Shown here: positions 8,736 to 18,312 of the stretch, in pieces
Layout of the letters: each line of letters starts with the position of its first letter
Numbering within the stretch: position 1 is the first letter of the stretch
NCBI GenBank assembly: GCA_031263105.1
Contig: JAISGJ010000144.1
Location: forward strand, 1 to 37,614
DNA length: 37,614 nucleotides
Direction: 5' to 3'
From: Coriobacteriales bacterium
Lineage (GTDB): Bacteria > Actinomycetota > Coriobacteriia > Coriobacteriales > UBA8131
Notes under the pieces: model-generated
Seen by the model: the letters and a program-made list of their open reading frames with translations, nothing else
Database searches by the model: none
Told to the model about the DNA's origin: nothing
Program-made: the position numbers and the translations under genes

Positions 8736-9959
8736 CTAGTGGGACCTCTCGTTGGGCTTGAGGTCGATGAACTTGACGCCCAAGAGGAAGATGAGCACGC
8801 CCATGGCGATCATGCCCGCGAAGAGGCCCACTTCCATTACGGCGGGGGCGTACACCAGCCCGGAGTAGATGGCCGACATGGTGGTGTCGGCACCGCTGAC
8901 TCCTGTGGCAGTGTACTCGGTCACAATGCCCGCCATGCCGACGTTTGGGATCTGGAAGCCGCCAGCAATGAGCTGGAAGCGCTTGCAAAAGATGGCGACC
9001 ATGCCCAAGACGCCCGCAACTGTCATGAGGGGCACGGAACGCAGCTTGGGCACAAAGCAGACGGCGGCGGCTATGGCGCAGCAAATCGTCTGGCTCCAGA
9101 AGAAGGGCGCCAGCACACCGGAGATGAGCATGGCCACCACCTCGGCACCCTCGCCGCCGGCCCATCCGGAGGTCAGCAAGTCACAACCGAAGAAGTACAG
9201 GTCCACAATGCAGAAGGCGCCCAGCCATTTGGCCATCTTGTCCAGATTGGCCTTGTCCATATCCAAGTAGCCGACCTTGCGCAGAGCGACACAGACCACC
9301 AACACCAATGCGGTGCCGGAGACCAAGGCGGAGCACACGAACCAGGGACCCATGAGGGCCGTGTTCCACAGCTCGTGGGAAGGCTGCACGCCAATGATCC
9401 AAGCGGTGACGGTGTGTACCATGACGGCAATCACCAGGCACACGACGCTGAAGACGCGCAAAGTGCCATCTGACAGTTTGCCGACCTCGTTGCGCAGCGT
9501 GAGCGCCAGGTAGACGACGGACAGGATAAGGTAGGTGGTGATCACCAGCACGTCCCACATGAGCGGGCTCATAAGGTTGGATGAGATGAAAAGCTCCCAG
9601 ATGCGGAGCGGATTGCCCAGGTCCACGACGATAAGGCCCACCGCGCAGCAGGTGGCAGCAATGGAGGTCCAGATGGCGATCTTTGAGATGCCGCCGAAGC
9701 CCTCCATGCCGAGCACACGGGGCACGGAGCTGACAATCAAGCCGCCGGCGGAAAGACCTACGAACCACATGAAGCCCATGATGTAGAGACCCCAGTTGTC
9801 CAGGTTGCGCATGTTCGTCTGGACAAGGCCGCCGGAAAGCTGCACGACCCACAAAGCGATCGCGGCGACTGTGACCACGGCGGCCGCAACGATGCCGACG
9901 TTCAGGCCCTTCCCGCCCTGCTTGGGGGCGGTGCCAGCAGTAGAGGCATTTTCAGCCAT
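8736..9959 (-). CDS. NrfD/PsrC family membrane anchor; operon 2
   Basis: TNMRNLDNWGLYIMGFMWFVGLSAGG, DLGNPLR, SPLMWD, HTVTAW; GGAGGAG RBS. Confidence 0.94.
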   Translation of the reverse strand: MAENASTAGTAPKQGGKGLNVGIVAAAVVTVAAIALWVVQLSGGLVQTNMRNLDNWGLYIMGFMWFVGLSAGGLIVSSVPRVLGMEGFGGISKIAIWTSIAATCCAVGLIVVDLGNPLRIWELFISSNLMSPLMWDVLVITTYLILSVVYLALTLRNEVGKLSDGTLRVFSVVCLVIAVMVHTVTAWIIGVQPSHELWNTALMGPWFVCSALVSGTALVLVVCVALRKVGYLDMDKANLDKMAKWLGAFCIVDLYFFGCDLLTSGWAGGEGAEVVAMLISGVLAPFFWSQTICCAIAAAVCFVPKLRSVPLMTVAGVLGMVAIFCKRFQLIAGGFQIPNVGMAGIVTEYTATGVSGADTTMSAIYSGLVYAPAVMEVGLFAGMIAMGVLIFLLGVKFIDLKPNERSH

Positions 9960-9974
9960 TGTTCTCCTCCCTCT

Positions 9975-10604
9975 TTATACCAGGTAGTACACGGACGGTT
10001 CGGTGCCCTTCTCGGGCTGGAGCTGAATCCACGCATTGTTGACAAGCAGCTGCGACACCTCGGAATCGGGATCGTTGAGGTCACCCCAATGACGCGCACG
10101 GCCAGGGCAGTCGGCAACGCAGGCCGGCTGCTCGCCACGGGCAGTGCGATGCCAGCACATGGTGCATTTCTCAACTACATGCTTCTGGTGTGCAGGGACG
10201 TCCTTGTCTCCCACAGCGAAATCCACCGAGTACTTCGGCTCTTCCCAGTTGAAGGAGCGCACACCCGTGTAGGGGCAGGCGGCGAGGCACATGCGACAAC
10301 CCAGGCATCGATCATAGTCTTGGCGGACAACGCCTGTCTCCGCATCCTTGTAGGTGGCACCAACAGGACAGGCTTTCACGCAGGCCGGATTGTCGCAATG
10401 TTGGCAGGCTACCTGGAAATAGCTCATTTTCAAACGGGGGTATTCGCCGGAAGGCGTGTCCATGTGCAGACCGCCTTCGGTCAGAATCCTGTTCCACCAA
10501 ATACCGTTGGGAAGGTTGTTCTCCACCTTGCAGCGTGTTGCGCAGAACTGGCAGCCGATGCAGTCCTTTGAAGAGAGCACAAAACCATATCGCTTCTCTG
10601 CCAT
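9975..10604 (-). CDS. 4x[4Fe-4S] electron-transfer subunit; operon 2
   Basis: Start MAEKRYGF overlapping the upstream TGA; CIGCQFCATRC, CQHCDNPACVKACP, CLGCRMCLAACP, KCTMC...CVADCP. Confidence 0.94.
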   Translation of the reverse strand: MAEKRYGFVLSSKDCIGCQFCATRCKVENNLPNGIWWNRILTEGGLHMDTPSGEYPRLKMSYFQVACQHCDNPACVKACPVGATYKDAETGVVRQDYDRCLGCRMCLAACPYTGVRSFNWEEPKYSVDFAVGDKDVPAHQKHVVEKCTMCWHRTARGEQPACVADCPGRARHWGDLNDPDSEVSQLLVNNAWIQLQPEKGTEPSVYYLV

Positions 10605-13081
10605 CACTCCTCCTCCCATTTCTCGATCTTCACGCGGATATCCGCGAAATTGGCATTGAGCAATTGAGGGTTGTACTCCAGCATGTGCAGGCCATGAAAG
10701 CGACCGCTTTTCAGGAAGAACTCCTGGAAGCCTTGGGGAAAAATCAACGTGCCGCGACGGATGGCGTCGGAGCAATGCACGCGGGCGACCGCGAAGTCGC
10801 GATCATTGGACACCTTCATGTAGCCCATGTCCTCCAAACCGTACTCCTGCGCATCAGCAGGATTGATGTCGATAAACGGATCGGAGCCATCGAACTCTCG
10901 CAGCCACTCCGCATCATAATACTGAGAATGGAGCAGGTACCGATAGCGGGTTTGCAAAAGCACGAACGGGAACTTCTCAGCCAACGCATTGTCGGGGCCC
11001 ACCTCTTTTGCTGGCTCATAGCAAGGCAGGCAGCTGGTTTCAAATTCATCTTCGGCAATAGGACTGCCCAACCAGTCGAGAGGGTTCTCGCAGTAGAACT
11101 CGAACCGCTTGGTTCCCGTACCGATGTTGCCTGCCTCGAAGCTCTGCGGGTGGAAGCCATCGGGAGTATGACGGAAGATGTGCTCCTTGCGGTACTCCTC
11201 CAGCGTCGGTGTGTCCGGATACGTGGTCAATATCTCCATCTGCTCTTCAAAGGAGGGGAACCAATCCTCGTAGCCCATGGCGCGGGCAACCATGGATCGG
11301 ATGTCTTGGTCGGGCAGCGACTCAAACTGAGGCTCGATTGCCTTTTCGCAATACATGGCGTATGGCATCGACGGAGGACCCGTATGCACGTCTTCGGTTT
11401 CAAACCAATGGCACGCAGGCAGCAGATAGTCGGCCATCTTGGTGGCGGTATCTGTCCAAGTACGGTTGACATGCACGATCATCTCGAGATGCGGGGCCAC
11501 CTCATCCCAACCGTTGGCACCCAAGAAGCTGCTGTAGGTATTGTTGGCGCACCAAAGTGTTCTCGGCGGAACAAAGGTGCGGCCACGCTTGGTGATGGTG
11601 CCCTCCCTGAGCAACTCGGGCAGCTCCATGACAGACAATGACTTGACGCCCAGGTTCTTCATCTCCGGGAACATGAACAGGGCATTGGCGTTGGACTTAT
11701 AGCCGGTATCGCCAGCGGAGATGATGTTTCCGATAGTGCCTTTCTTGCCGATCTGGCCAGTCAACGCAATAAGGGTCGCAAAGGCGTGGCCGGTGTTCGC
11801 GCCATTCCAATAGGCATTCGTGCCGTAAGAGGTGAAGGCGGCAACCGTGCCTCCGTTGACGAAGGCTTCAGCCAGCTTCACCGCGTCATCTTCAGAAATT
11901 CCGGTGAGGCCTTCGACCATGTCCGAGGTGTACTCATCGGCGCGCCTGCTCAACAGGTCAAGCGCAGTTTCCACTTGGGTGCCATTCGCCTTGTAGGTAC
12001 CATGGAGTGCGGGGGCGGTGGTTTCATTCATTCCAACGAATGTCCTGGTGGCTGTATCGTATACAACCGGATCATCGGTTGCCCCCTCAGCCTCCTCGGC
12101 CTCCCCAGCTTTCCCAGCGAGCGTGATGCCCAGATCGCTCAAGCGGAGGTACTTGCCGTTGTCTTTGCGGACAAGGACGGGGGCAACGGTGGCTTTGCCC
12201 ATCCAGTCATCATCCAACATATCGTTGTCCAGCAAATGGCGAATCATCCCCATGAAGAGCGCCGCATCCGTTGAAGGGTTGATGGGAATCCACCAATCGG
12301 CTTTTGAGGCAATGATCGTGTACTCGGGATCGATAACAATCAGCTTGGCCCCATGCTCACACGCCTTCACAATATGGGTCCAAGTGTCCCAATTGGAAAT
12401 CGTCAAGTTCGAACCGAAAATAACGATGGTGTCGGCATACTGAACCTCACCGTTTTCTGTGCACTGAGAGAACCATCCACCCGGGCCATACACGCGTTTG
12501 ATGCCAACGGAATTGCCGCTGTCGCATGCAATGTCCAAAGATGTCATGCCCAGCGCGTTTTTGAAACGACCCATGCCGTAAGCACCGGACATAAGTGAAA
12601 TGCTGCCGCTTCCTATGACGTAATTGGCTTCTTCGCCATCTTCCTCGGCGACCTGCTTCAGCTTGGCGGTTATCTCCTCCACAGCCTGCTCCCACGAGAT
12701 ACGCTCCCATTTCGTATCGTCGCCGCGATACCGGGGGTCACGTTTCATCGGATACTGGAGGCGTTTCGGCGAGTAAATGACCTGCGCGTGCGAGAGACCG
12801 CGCAGGCAGCACCTGGTGTAACGTTCCTCGGGCATCTCAGCGGGCCACGTCTGAACAACTTTTCCGTCACGCACCTTGACGTTGAGATAGCAACCGGTGT
12901 TGCAGCCATTGCGGCACGCATGCTGAAAGATCCTCTCTTCCGACTGCACGGAAGACTCCCCTGATGCCAGAGCAGCCAGCATCGTGTTGCCGACAACGAC
13001 CGCAGCACCTGCACACACTCCTGCTGTTCTCAGGAAGCTCCTTCGAGTGAGCCCTGATGGCGGCACTTTCGTCTCACCCAT
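10604..13081 (-). CDS. Molybdopterin-dependent oxidoreductase catalytic subunit, Tat-exported; operon 2
   Basis: GGAGG RBS, MGETKVPPSGLTRRSFL; CRNGCNTGC...CCLRG; RLQYPMKR, WERISWEQA, DYLLPA, HSQ, INPADA. Confidence 0.95.
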   Translation of the reverse strand: MGETKVPPSGLTRRSFLRTAGVCAGAAVVVGNTMLAALASGESSVQSEERIFQHACRNGCNTGCYLNVKVRDGKVVQTWPAEMPEERYTRCCLRGLSHAQVIYSPKRLQYPMKRDPRYRGDDTKWERISWEQAVEEITAKLKQVAEEDGEEANYVIGSGSISLMSGAYGMGRFKNALGMTSLDIACDSGNSVGIKRVYGPGGWFSQCTENGEVQYADTIVIFGSNLTISNWDTWTHIVKACEHGAKLIVIDPEYTIIASKADWWIPINPSTDAALFMGMIRHLLDNDMLDDDWMGKATVAPVLVRKDNGKYLRLSDLGITLAGKAGEAEEAEGATDDPVVYDTATRTFVGMNETTAPALHGTYKANGTQVETALDLLSRRADEYTSDMVEGLTGISEDDAVKLAEAFVNGGTVAAFTSYGTNAYWNGANTGHAFATLIALTGQIGKKGTIGNIISAGDTGYKSNANALFMFPEMKNLGVKSLSVMELPELLREGTITKRGRTFVPPRTLWCANNTYSSFLGANGWDEVAPHLEMIVHVNRTWTDTATKMADYLLPACHWFETEDVHTGPPSMPYAMYCEKAIEPQFESLPDQDIRSMVARAMGYEDWFPSFEEQMEILTTYPDTPTLEEYRKEHIFRHTPDGFHPQSFEAGNIGTGTKRFEFYCENPLDWLGSPIAEDEFETSCLPCYEPAKEVGPDNALAEKFPFVLLQTRYRYLLHSQYYDAEWLREFDGSDPFIDINPADAQEYGLEDMGYMKVSNDRDFAVARVHCSDAIRRGTLIFPQGFQEFFLKSGRFHGLHMLEYNPQLLNANFADIRVKIEKWEEE

Positions 13082-13443
13082 TTCAATTCCTCCTCTCTTT
13101 GCATTCATGCACCTTCTTGATGCATCCTCAGCCCACATTCTATGGTGCGGAAGGCGAGGGCGGAATCAAGGTAATTGCTGCCTCTCTCAAACAAGACGTT
13201 TCGATTCAAGGGAAAGAAGAGGGTCTTTTTGCAGTTGAGCGAGCTCGCAAGGCTCTCACAATCGCTTCTCGTCGAGCGACGGAAAACGCCTTCTTTGATT
13301 AACCCAAACAGGTTGTTTCCCTATAATTGGGCAGAAGGGCGAAGTGCGGGGCTGCGCAGTCGCCTACAATCATAGATGGCTGCACGGGTCAAAGGCTCTC
13401 GGTCGACCGTCGGTTTTCACCAACTGCTCGTGGGAGGTTGGAT

Positions 13444-14376
13444 ATGAATCTGGAACACTTGCGTTATTTTTTGGCATTGGAGGAACACGGTTCCATCTCA
13501 TCTGCGGCACAGCACCTCTTCATAACCAATCAGGGATTAGGCAGGGCGCTCAAGGCTATGGAGACCGAATTGGGCGCACCGCTTGTTGAACGGGATCGCA
13601 GGGGCGTCTACCTGACCCGATACGGCAAGACCTTCCTTGTCGCCGCCAAGGAAATCCTGGGAACCTACGATGAGGCCCTCCGACGCATAAACAATGGCGA
13701 CCCGGACACAAGGGATGAGAAACCCCTGTTCCTTATCACGGGCTACATTATGGAGTCGTCGACCGTTTCATTCGCCAACAACGGCATACTTCAACGCGTC
13801 TGCATTGAGGAATGCTCCATGCGGGACATCTACGAAAAGCTCCGTAAGGGCGATGGCAATGTCTTGGGATCGTGTGCACTCACGAACGATGAGTACGATT
13901 TCGTCAGCGCACGTGGTGAATTCATTTTCGAAGAGACAAGGAAATCCTGCCTCGGAATTCTCTTGAAAAAGGATGCGAGGGTGCCTAAAGAGCTCGCATT
14001 GTCCGACATGCTCGTCGAAAACGCTACCGTAGCATACACCAATCGATTCCTCGACAACGTGTACAGCACGGCTGTGCCTGGTTTCTCGTCGATGAACTTG
14101 CTTTTCAAAACAAGCAGCAGCAGAACCGTTGTCGATTGCGTACTGCGGAAAAACTGCATCGGTATTATCGATTCGTTTTCTTTTCTTACCCACTCCATGT
14201 ACATTCCCGCAACAATGGAAAAGTGCGTGTTTGTCCCGTTTGAGTACGATTCATCGAGCTTTCACGTCGGCCAACTCTATTATGCAAAGGCAGACCTTTC
14301 TCCGCAGCTGGAGAAATTGATGCAGGACACCATACGGGCCTACGACGACTTTAAGCTGCAGCAAGATATATCCTAG
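13444..14376 (+). CDS. LysR family transcriptional regulator (divergent effector domain)
   Basis: MNLEHLRYFLALEEHGSISSAAQHLFITNQGLGRALKAMETELGAPLVERDRRGVYLTRYG helix-turn-helix; GGGAGG RBS; divergent from operon 2. Confidence 0.92.
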   Translation: MNLEHLRYFLALEEHGSISSAAQHLFITNQGLGRALKAMETELGAPLVERDRRGVYLTRYGKTFLVAAKEILGTYDEALRRINNGDPDTRDEKPLFLITGYIMESSTVSFANNGILQRVCIEECSMRDIYEKLRKGDGNVLGSCALTNDEYDFVSARGEFIFEETRKSCLGILLKKDARVPKELALSDMLVENATVAYTNRFLDNVYSTAVPGFSSMNLLFKTSSSRTVVDCVLRKNCIGIIDSFSFLTHSMYIPATMEKCVFVPFEYDSSSFHVGQLYYAKADLSPQLEKLMQDTIRAYDDFKLQQDIS

Positions 14377-15155
14377 ACGTCGCGCACGATGGCAACGCCG
14401 TTGCTCGTGCCGATGCGGGTGGCGCCGGCCTCCACCATGCGGAGGGCATCCGTGGCCGTCCGGATGCCGCCGGAGGCCTTGACGCCCGCACGCTCCCCGA
14501 CGACTTGGCGCATGAGCCGCACGTCGGCGACGGTCGCACCTCCCCCCAGGAAGCCCGTGCTCGTCTTCACGAACGCCGCCCCGGCGTGAACTGCCGCCTC
14601 GCAGGCCGCGCGCTTCTCGGCATCGTCGAGCAGGCAGCACTCGATGATGGCCTTCACGAGGACGCCCGGGCGGGCGGGCGTGGGGGCCCCGCTCGTGACA
14701 GCCCCGCCTGCGACCACACGGGCGGGCGTGGGGGCCTCCGCCCCGCCTGCGCCCGCCTCGCCCACAGGCGCCCCGCCCACTTCCGCCCAAGCCTCTGCGG
14801 CTACCCGGACGACGGCGGCGACGTCCCGCGAGACCTCGTCCCACTCCCCCGCCTTCGCCGCGCCGAGGCTTATGACCATGTCGAGCTCGCGGGCACCGTC
14901 GAGAACGGCGCAGCGTGCCTCGGCCTCCTTCGCGCACGTGCCCATGGCCCCCAAAGGGAAGCCGATGACCGAGCACACCGCGACGGGGCCAGCACCCAGC
15001 GCATCGGCCACCAAGCGGACGAAGCGCGAGTTCACGCAGACCGAGGCGAAGCCGTGCTCAAGGGCCTCAGCGCACAGGCGCTCGACCTGCGCCGACGTGG
15101 CCTCGGCCTTGAGCAGGGTGTGGTCGATGTACGATGCAAGCGGCGGATGCGCCAT
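14373..15155 (-). CDS. deoC: Deoxyribose-phosphate aldolase with an Ala/Pro/Gly-rich internal insertion
   Basis: IDHTLLK, SVCVN, VIGFPLG, ELDMVI, VKAIIE, FVKTSTGF (Schiff-base Lys), [14 protein letters not shown]. Confidence 0.95.
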   Translation of the reverse strand: MAHPPLASYIDHTLLKAEATSAQVERLCAEALEHGFASVCVNSRFVRLVADALGAGPVAVCSVIGFPLGAMGTCAKEAEARCAVLDGARELDMVISLGAAKAGEWDEVSRDVAAVVRVAAEAWAEVGGAPVGEAGAGGAEAPTPARVVAGGAVTSGAPTPARPGVLVKAIIECCLLDDAEKRAACEAAVHAGAAFVKTSTGFLGGGATVADVRLMRQVVGERAGVKASGGIRTATDALRMVEAGATRIGTSNGVAIVRDV

Positions 15156-15260
15156 CGGTCTTGTCCTCTCTCCAAAAGGTTCCTTTATCATACCTCAGAT
15201 CTCTTGATCTTGTTTAGATATTCAGAGATGCCCCAATGCCCCAATGCCCGCCCCAGTGCC

Positions 15261-15439
15261 GTTACTGTGTTCACACCCCCACTGTCATTCCGAACCCCCA
15301 CTGTCATTCCGAGCCTGTCGAGGAATCTTTGGTCGCGAAGCGACCAACGGCAGGCCGGGGGGCCCTTCGACCTGCGGTCGACCGCTTGCGCGGTCGAGGA
15401 TCCCTCGGCAGGCTCGGGATGACAGTGGGGGTATGTAAC
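15261..15439. repeat. Palindromic MITE/REPIN-like element, copy 2 (duplicated left arm)
   Basis: GTTAC...GTAAC ends; ACCCCCACTGTCATTCCGA present twice in tandem. Confidence 0.9.
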
Positions 15440-15443
15440 CTCT

Positions 15444-15917
15444 TTACTTTTTTTCGGATGAGTCGTCGCTGGCGCCCTTGCCCTGTCTCAGAGACCTGAA
15501 AAACGCCCAGAGCCATTTGGCGTGCACCACGACGTGCACCATCAACAGGGCGAGCAGCACCTTGGCGAAAAGCGAATGCAGCGGATTCCAGAAGAAGTAT
15601 CCCTGTGCCACCAGCCCAAGCGCGGGAAGGATGTGCCGCGAGATCATGATTCCCGAGACGGTGACCACCATGAGCACCACCACGGTCACGACGTCCAAGA
15701 CGAGGTTTCCGGTAGTGGCCAGCGATGGGTTGCGCCGTGTCCTCTTAAAGGCGTCGATGACCCAGTCGTAGTGCTGGGCCACATGAACGATGAGCACAAC
15801 GAGGATCCCGAGGCTTGCCCACTCGTGAATCGCCAGCCCGGTAAGAGCCGGGTTGGCAGCGACGAGGTAGACGACTGCGGCGATGACATCGACCGCGAAC
15901 GACTGCGAGAGCTTCAT
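15444..15917 (-). CDS. Small His-rich membrane protein, DUF4405/cytochrome b-like; operon 3
   Basis: Four TM helices; HEWAS, HVAQH, VSGIMIS, WNPLH, HVVVH. Confidence 0.85.
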   Translation of the reverse strand: MKLSQSFAVDVIAAVVYLVAANPALTGLAIHEWASLGILVVLIVHVAQHYDWVIDAFKRTRRNPSLATTGNLVLDVVTVVVLMVVTVSGIMISRHILPALGLVAQGYFFWNPLHSLFAKVLLALLMVHVVVHAKWLWAFFRSLRQGKGASDDSSEKK

Positions 15918-15921
15918 GCGC

Positions 15922-16293
15922 CTACCTGATCTTCCGGACGAGGAGAACGAGTCCGACGGTGAAAAGCACCGGTGCCAGGATCCAGAGGTTCATGCTGGAG
16001 TCGCTGGGCCTGCGGTAGTGGGCGGTGAGCCTGTCCCAGGCGTGGCACGTGGCGTCCGCGCAGCCTTCGACCTTGGGGCAGAGCATCACGAAGCCGCCGT
16101 CAGGAACAGGTGCTGCTGCTGCCGCGTGACAGCCGCCGTCAGGCTGGGTGCAGCCGGCAACAGGGCAGGGAGTGTCAGGCGTGATCCGCTCGGGAAGCGA
16201 TGCGCCCTCAGGGGCCGTTGCCGTCAGCGCGGGATACACGCTGGCGGCAACGAGCACAAAGAAAAGACAGGTAACGGCGAGGCGCTTGAGCAT
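15922..16293 (-). CDS. Small membrane-anchored Cys-rich protein with two CP..GC-x4/x6-CH motifs; operon 3
   Basis: Signal/TM N-terminus; CPVAGCTQPDGGCH and CPKVEGCADATCHAW; SDSSMNLWILAP C-terminal TM shared with its paralog. Confidence 0.82.
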   Translation of the reverse strand: MLKRLAVTCLFFVLVAASVYPALTATAPEGASLPERITPDTPCPVAGCTQPDGGCHAAAAAPVPDGGFVMLCPKVEGCADATCHAWDRLTAHYRRPSDSSMNLWILAPVLFTVGLVLLVRKIR

Positions 16294-16322
16294 TGCTCAG
16301 TCGGCGTCTGCGGCTGCAGGCA

Positions 16323-16488
16323 TAAGGAGATGACTACTAATCATTGCACGCCGTCTTCCGGCCGGTTTGCCCCGTCCCCGCCCGTGCGGACGGCGGATTC
16401 CCGGAATGTGGGCCCCCGGCCCGCCCGAACTGGGAGGGGCCAAACCGACTCGGAATCCGGCATACAAGCATTAGTCATCATCTCCTTA
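16323..16488. repeat. 166-bp imperfect palindrome overlapping the 3' end of nrfD-3
   Basis: Outer arms TAAGGAGATGA(CT/TG)ACTAAT (17/19); imperfect pairing continues for about 70 nt. Confidence 0.75.
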
Positions 16489-17669
16489 AGCGGCAGCAGC
16501 CTGAGCCCCAGCAACAGCAACAGGACACCCAGCCCCAGCACGCCGACAACGACGCCGAACTCCAAGGGCGAGGGGACGTAGACCAAGGCCGGAGCCACCG
16601 AAGCCAGACCTGACCCCGCGTCGGTGAGCCCTGGGCCCGTGGTCACGGTGGCATAGTCGATGTTGGGGATCTGAAAGCCGCCGACGAGCAGCTGGACGCG
16701 CTTGCAGAGGATGGCCAGTATGGACAAGACCGATGCCGCGACAATCAGCGGCATGCTCCGCAGCCCGGGCACGAAGGCCACCAGGAGCGTGACGATGCCG
16801 ATAATGGCCTCGGTCCAGAAGAAGGCTGCGAGCGGGCCGGTTGTGAGCATCGCCACGATGGTTGCCCCCTCTCCTCCCGGGAACCCCGAGGTCAAGAGGT
16901 CGCAGCCGAAGAAATACAGATCGACGGCCGTGAAGATGCCCAGGAACTTGGCCATCTTTACGATGCTCTCCTGCTCCAATGCAAGATATCCCGCCTTGCG
17001 CAGCGCGATGACGATGACGAGCACCAGTGCCAGCCCGCTGACGAGTGCCGAGGACACGAACCAAGGGCCGAGCAGCGCCGTGTGCCACAGCTCGTGAGCC
17101 TGCAGAAGCCCGAAGATCCAAGCGGTCACCGTGTGCACCATGACGGCACAGACAAGGGCCAGGGCGGAAAGCACGCGCAGCGCCTTGGGCGAGCCCTTGC
17201 CGGACTCGACACGAAGCGTGGCCCACAGATAGACGATCGAGACAATCAGATAGGCGGTGAGCACGACCACGTCCCACATCAGAGGCGAGGACAGGTTGGC
17301 ATAGGCAATCAGATGCCAGATGCGCAGCGGCCCGCCCAGATCGACGACGATGAAGCCCATCGCCAAGACCGTGCAGCAGATGGACGCCCATATCGCCACT
17401 TTGGAGATGGGGCCGAAGCCCCTGGCCCCAAAGACCTTGGGGGCAGACGAGATGATCAGCCCTCCGGCGGACAGTCCCACAAACCACATGAAGTTGATGA
17501 TGTACAGCCCCCAGCTGTCAAGGTTGCGCATGTTGGTGTTGACGAAGCCGGCCGTGGACTGGAAGACCCAAAGGGCGATGCCCGCTATGGCTACGACGAC
17601 AGCGATGACGATCGCCGCAAGCTGGGCCTTGGAACGGGAGGGGCTTGCGTTTGAAGTGTTGTCACTCAT
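16341..17669 (-). CDS. NrfD/PsrC family membrane anchor; operon 3 (C-terminal read-through extension)
   Basis: TNMRNLDSWGLYIINFMWFVGLSAGG, DLGGPLR, SPLMWD, HTVTAW; the last ~45 aa are encoded by the palindrome. Confidence 0.92.
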   Translation of the reverse strand: MSDNTSNASPSRSKAQLAAIVIAVVVAIAGIALWVFQSTAGFVNTNMRNLDSWGLYIINFMWFVGLSAGGLIISSAPKVFGARGFGPISKVAIWASICCTVLAMGFIVVDLGGPLRIWHLIAYANLSSPLMWDVVVLTAYLIVSIVYLWATLRVESGKGSPKALRVLSALALVCAVMVHTVTAWIFGLLQAHELWHTALLGPWFVSSALVSGLALVLVIVIALRKAGYLALEQESIVKMAKFLGIFTAVDLYFFGCDLLTSGFPGGEGATIVAMLTTGPLAAFFWTEAIIGIVTLLVAFVPGLRSMPLIVAASVLSILAILCKRVQLLVGGFQIPNIDYATVTTGPGLTDAGSGLASVAPALVYVPSPLEFGVVVGVLGLGVLLLLLGLRLLPLKEMMTNACMPDSESVWPLPVRAGRGPTFRESAVRTGGDGANRPEDGVQ

Positions 17670-17683
17670 GCTATTCTCCTCCC

Positions 17684-18310
17684 CTATACCAGATAGTAGA
17701 CGGACGGATTGGTGCCTTCTTCAGGCTTAATCTGCTTATACGCTCTCGATGCAATGAGTTTCGCTACCTCAGAAGTGGGATCGTTCAAATCACCGAAGTG
17801 GCGGGCTATTGCCAAACAACCCACAACGCACGCAGGTTCTTCGCTACGAGCAAGACGGTGGGTACAAAACGTACACTTCTCCGCCGTATGTTTCTGATGT
17901 GCCGAAACGTTTGCGTCTCCAACTGCAAAATCGAGATAGTACTTCGGCTCCTCCCAGTTGAAGCTCCTGACTCCGGTGTAGGGACATGCAGCTATGCACA
18001 TCCTGCAGCCGATGCACTTGTCATAATCCTGATGGACAACGCCAGTCTCCTCGTCTTTATAGGTAGCCCCAACTGGACAAACCTTGGTGCAGGCAGGGTT
18101 CTCACAGTGCTGACAGTTAATCGGCAAATATGATAGAAACAGGTTTGGCCATGATCCGCCTGGCGAATCCATATTTTGACCGCCCACTGTGTGTATGCGA
18201 CACCACCAGTTATCATTTGGCAGATTGTTTTCCATCTTGCACGCCATTGAGCAGGTATGGCAGCCAACACAACGCTTTGTATCAATGACCATGCCGTATC
18301 TCTTGAACAT
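17684..18310 (-). CDS. 4x[4Fe-4S] electron-transfer subunit; operon 3
   Basis: CVGCHTCSMAC, CQHCENPACTKVCP, CIGCRMCIAACP, KCTFC...CVVGC. Confidence 0.95.
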   Translation of the reverse strand: MFKRYGMVIDTKRCVGCHTCSMACKMENNLPNDNWWCRIHTVGGQNMDSPGGSWPNLFLSYLPINCQHCENPACTKVCPVGATYKDEETGVVHQDYDKCIGCRMCIAACPYTGVRSFNWEEPKYYLDFAVGDANVSAHQKHTAEKCTFCTHRLARSEEPACVVGCLAIARHFGDLNDPTSEVAKLIASRAYKQIKPEEGTNPSVYYLV

Positions 18311-18312
18311 AA

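Noticed and set aside
13295..13327. LysR promoter/binding box (AACC-N6-GGTT; TATAAT at 13322)
   Set aside because: The -35 spacing is wrong and the palindrome is too short to support a call.
15228..15260. Short tandem ATGCCCCA units upstream of deoC
   Set aside because: Only two to three degenerate units; consistent with slippage, no functional evidence.
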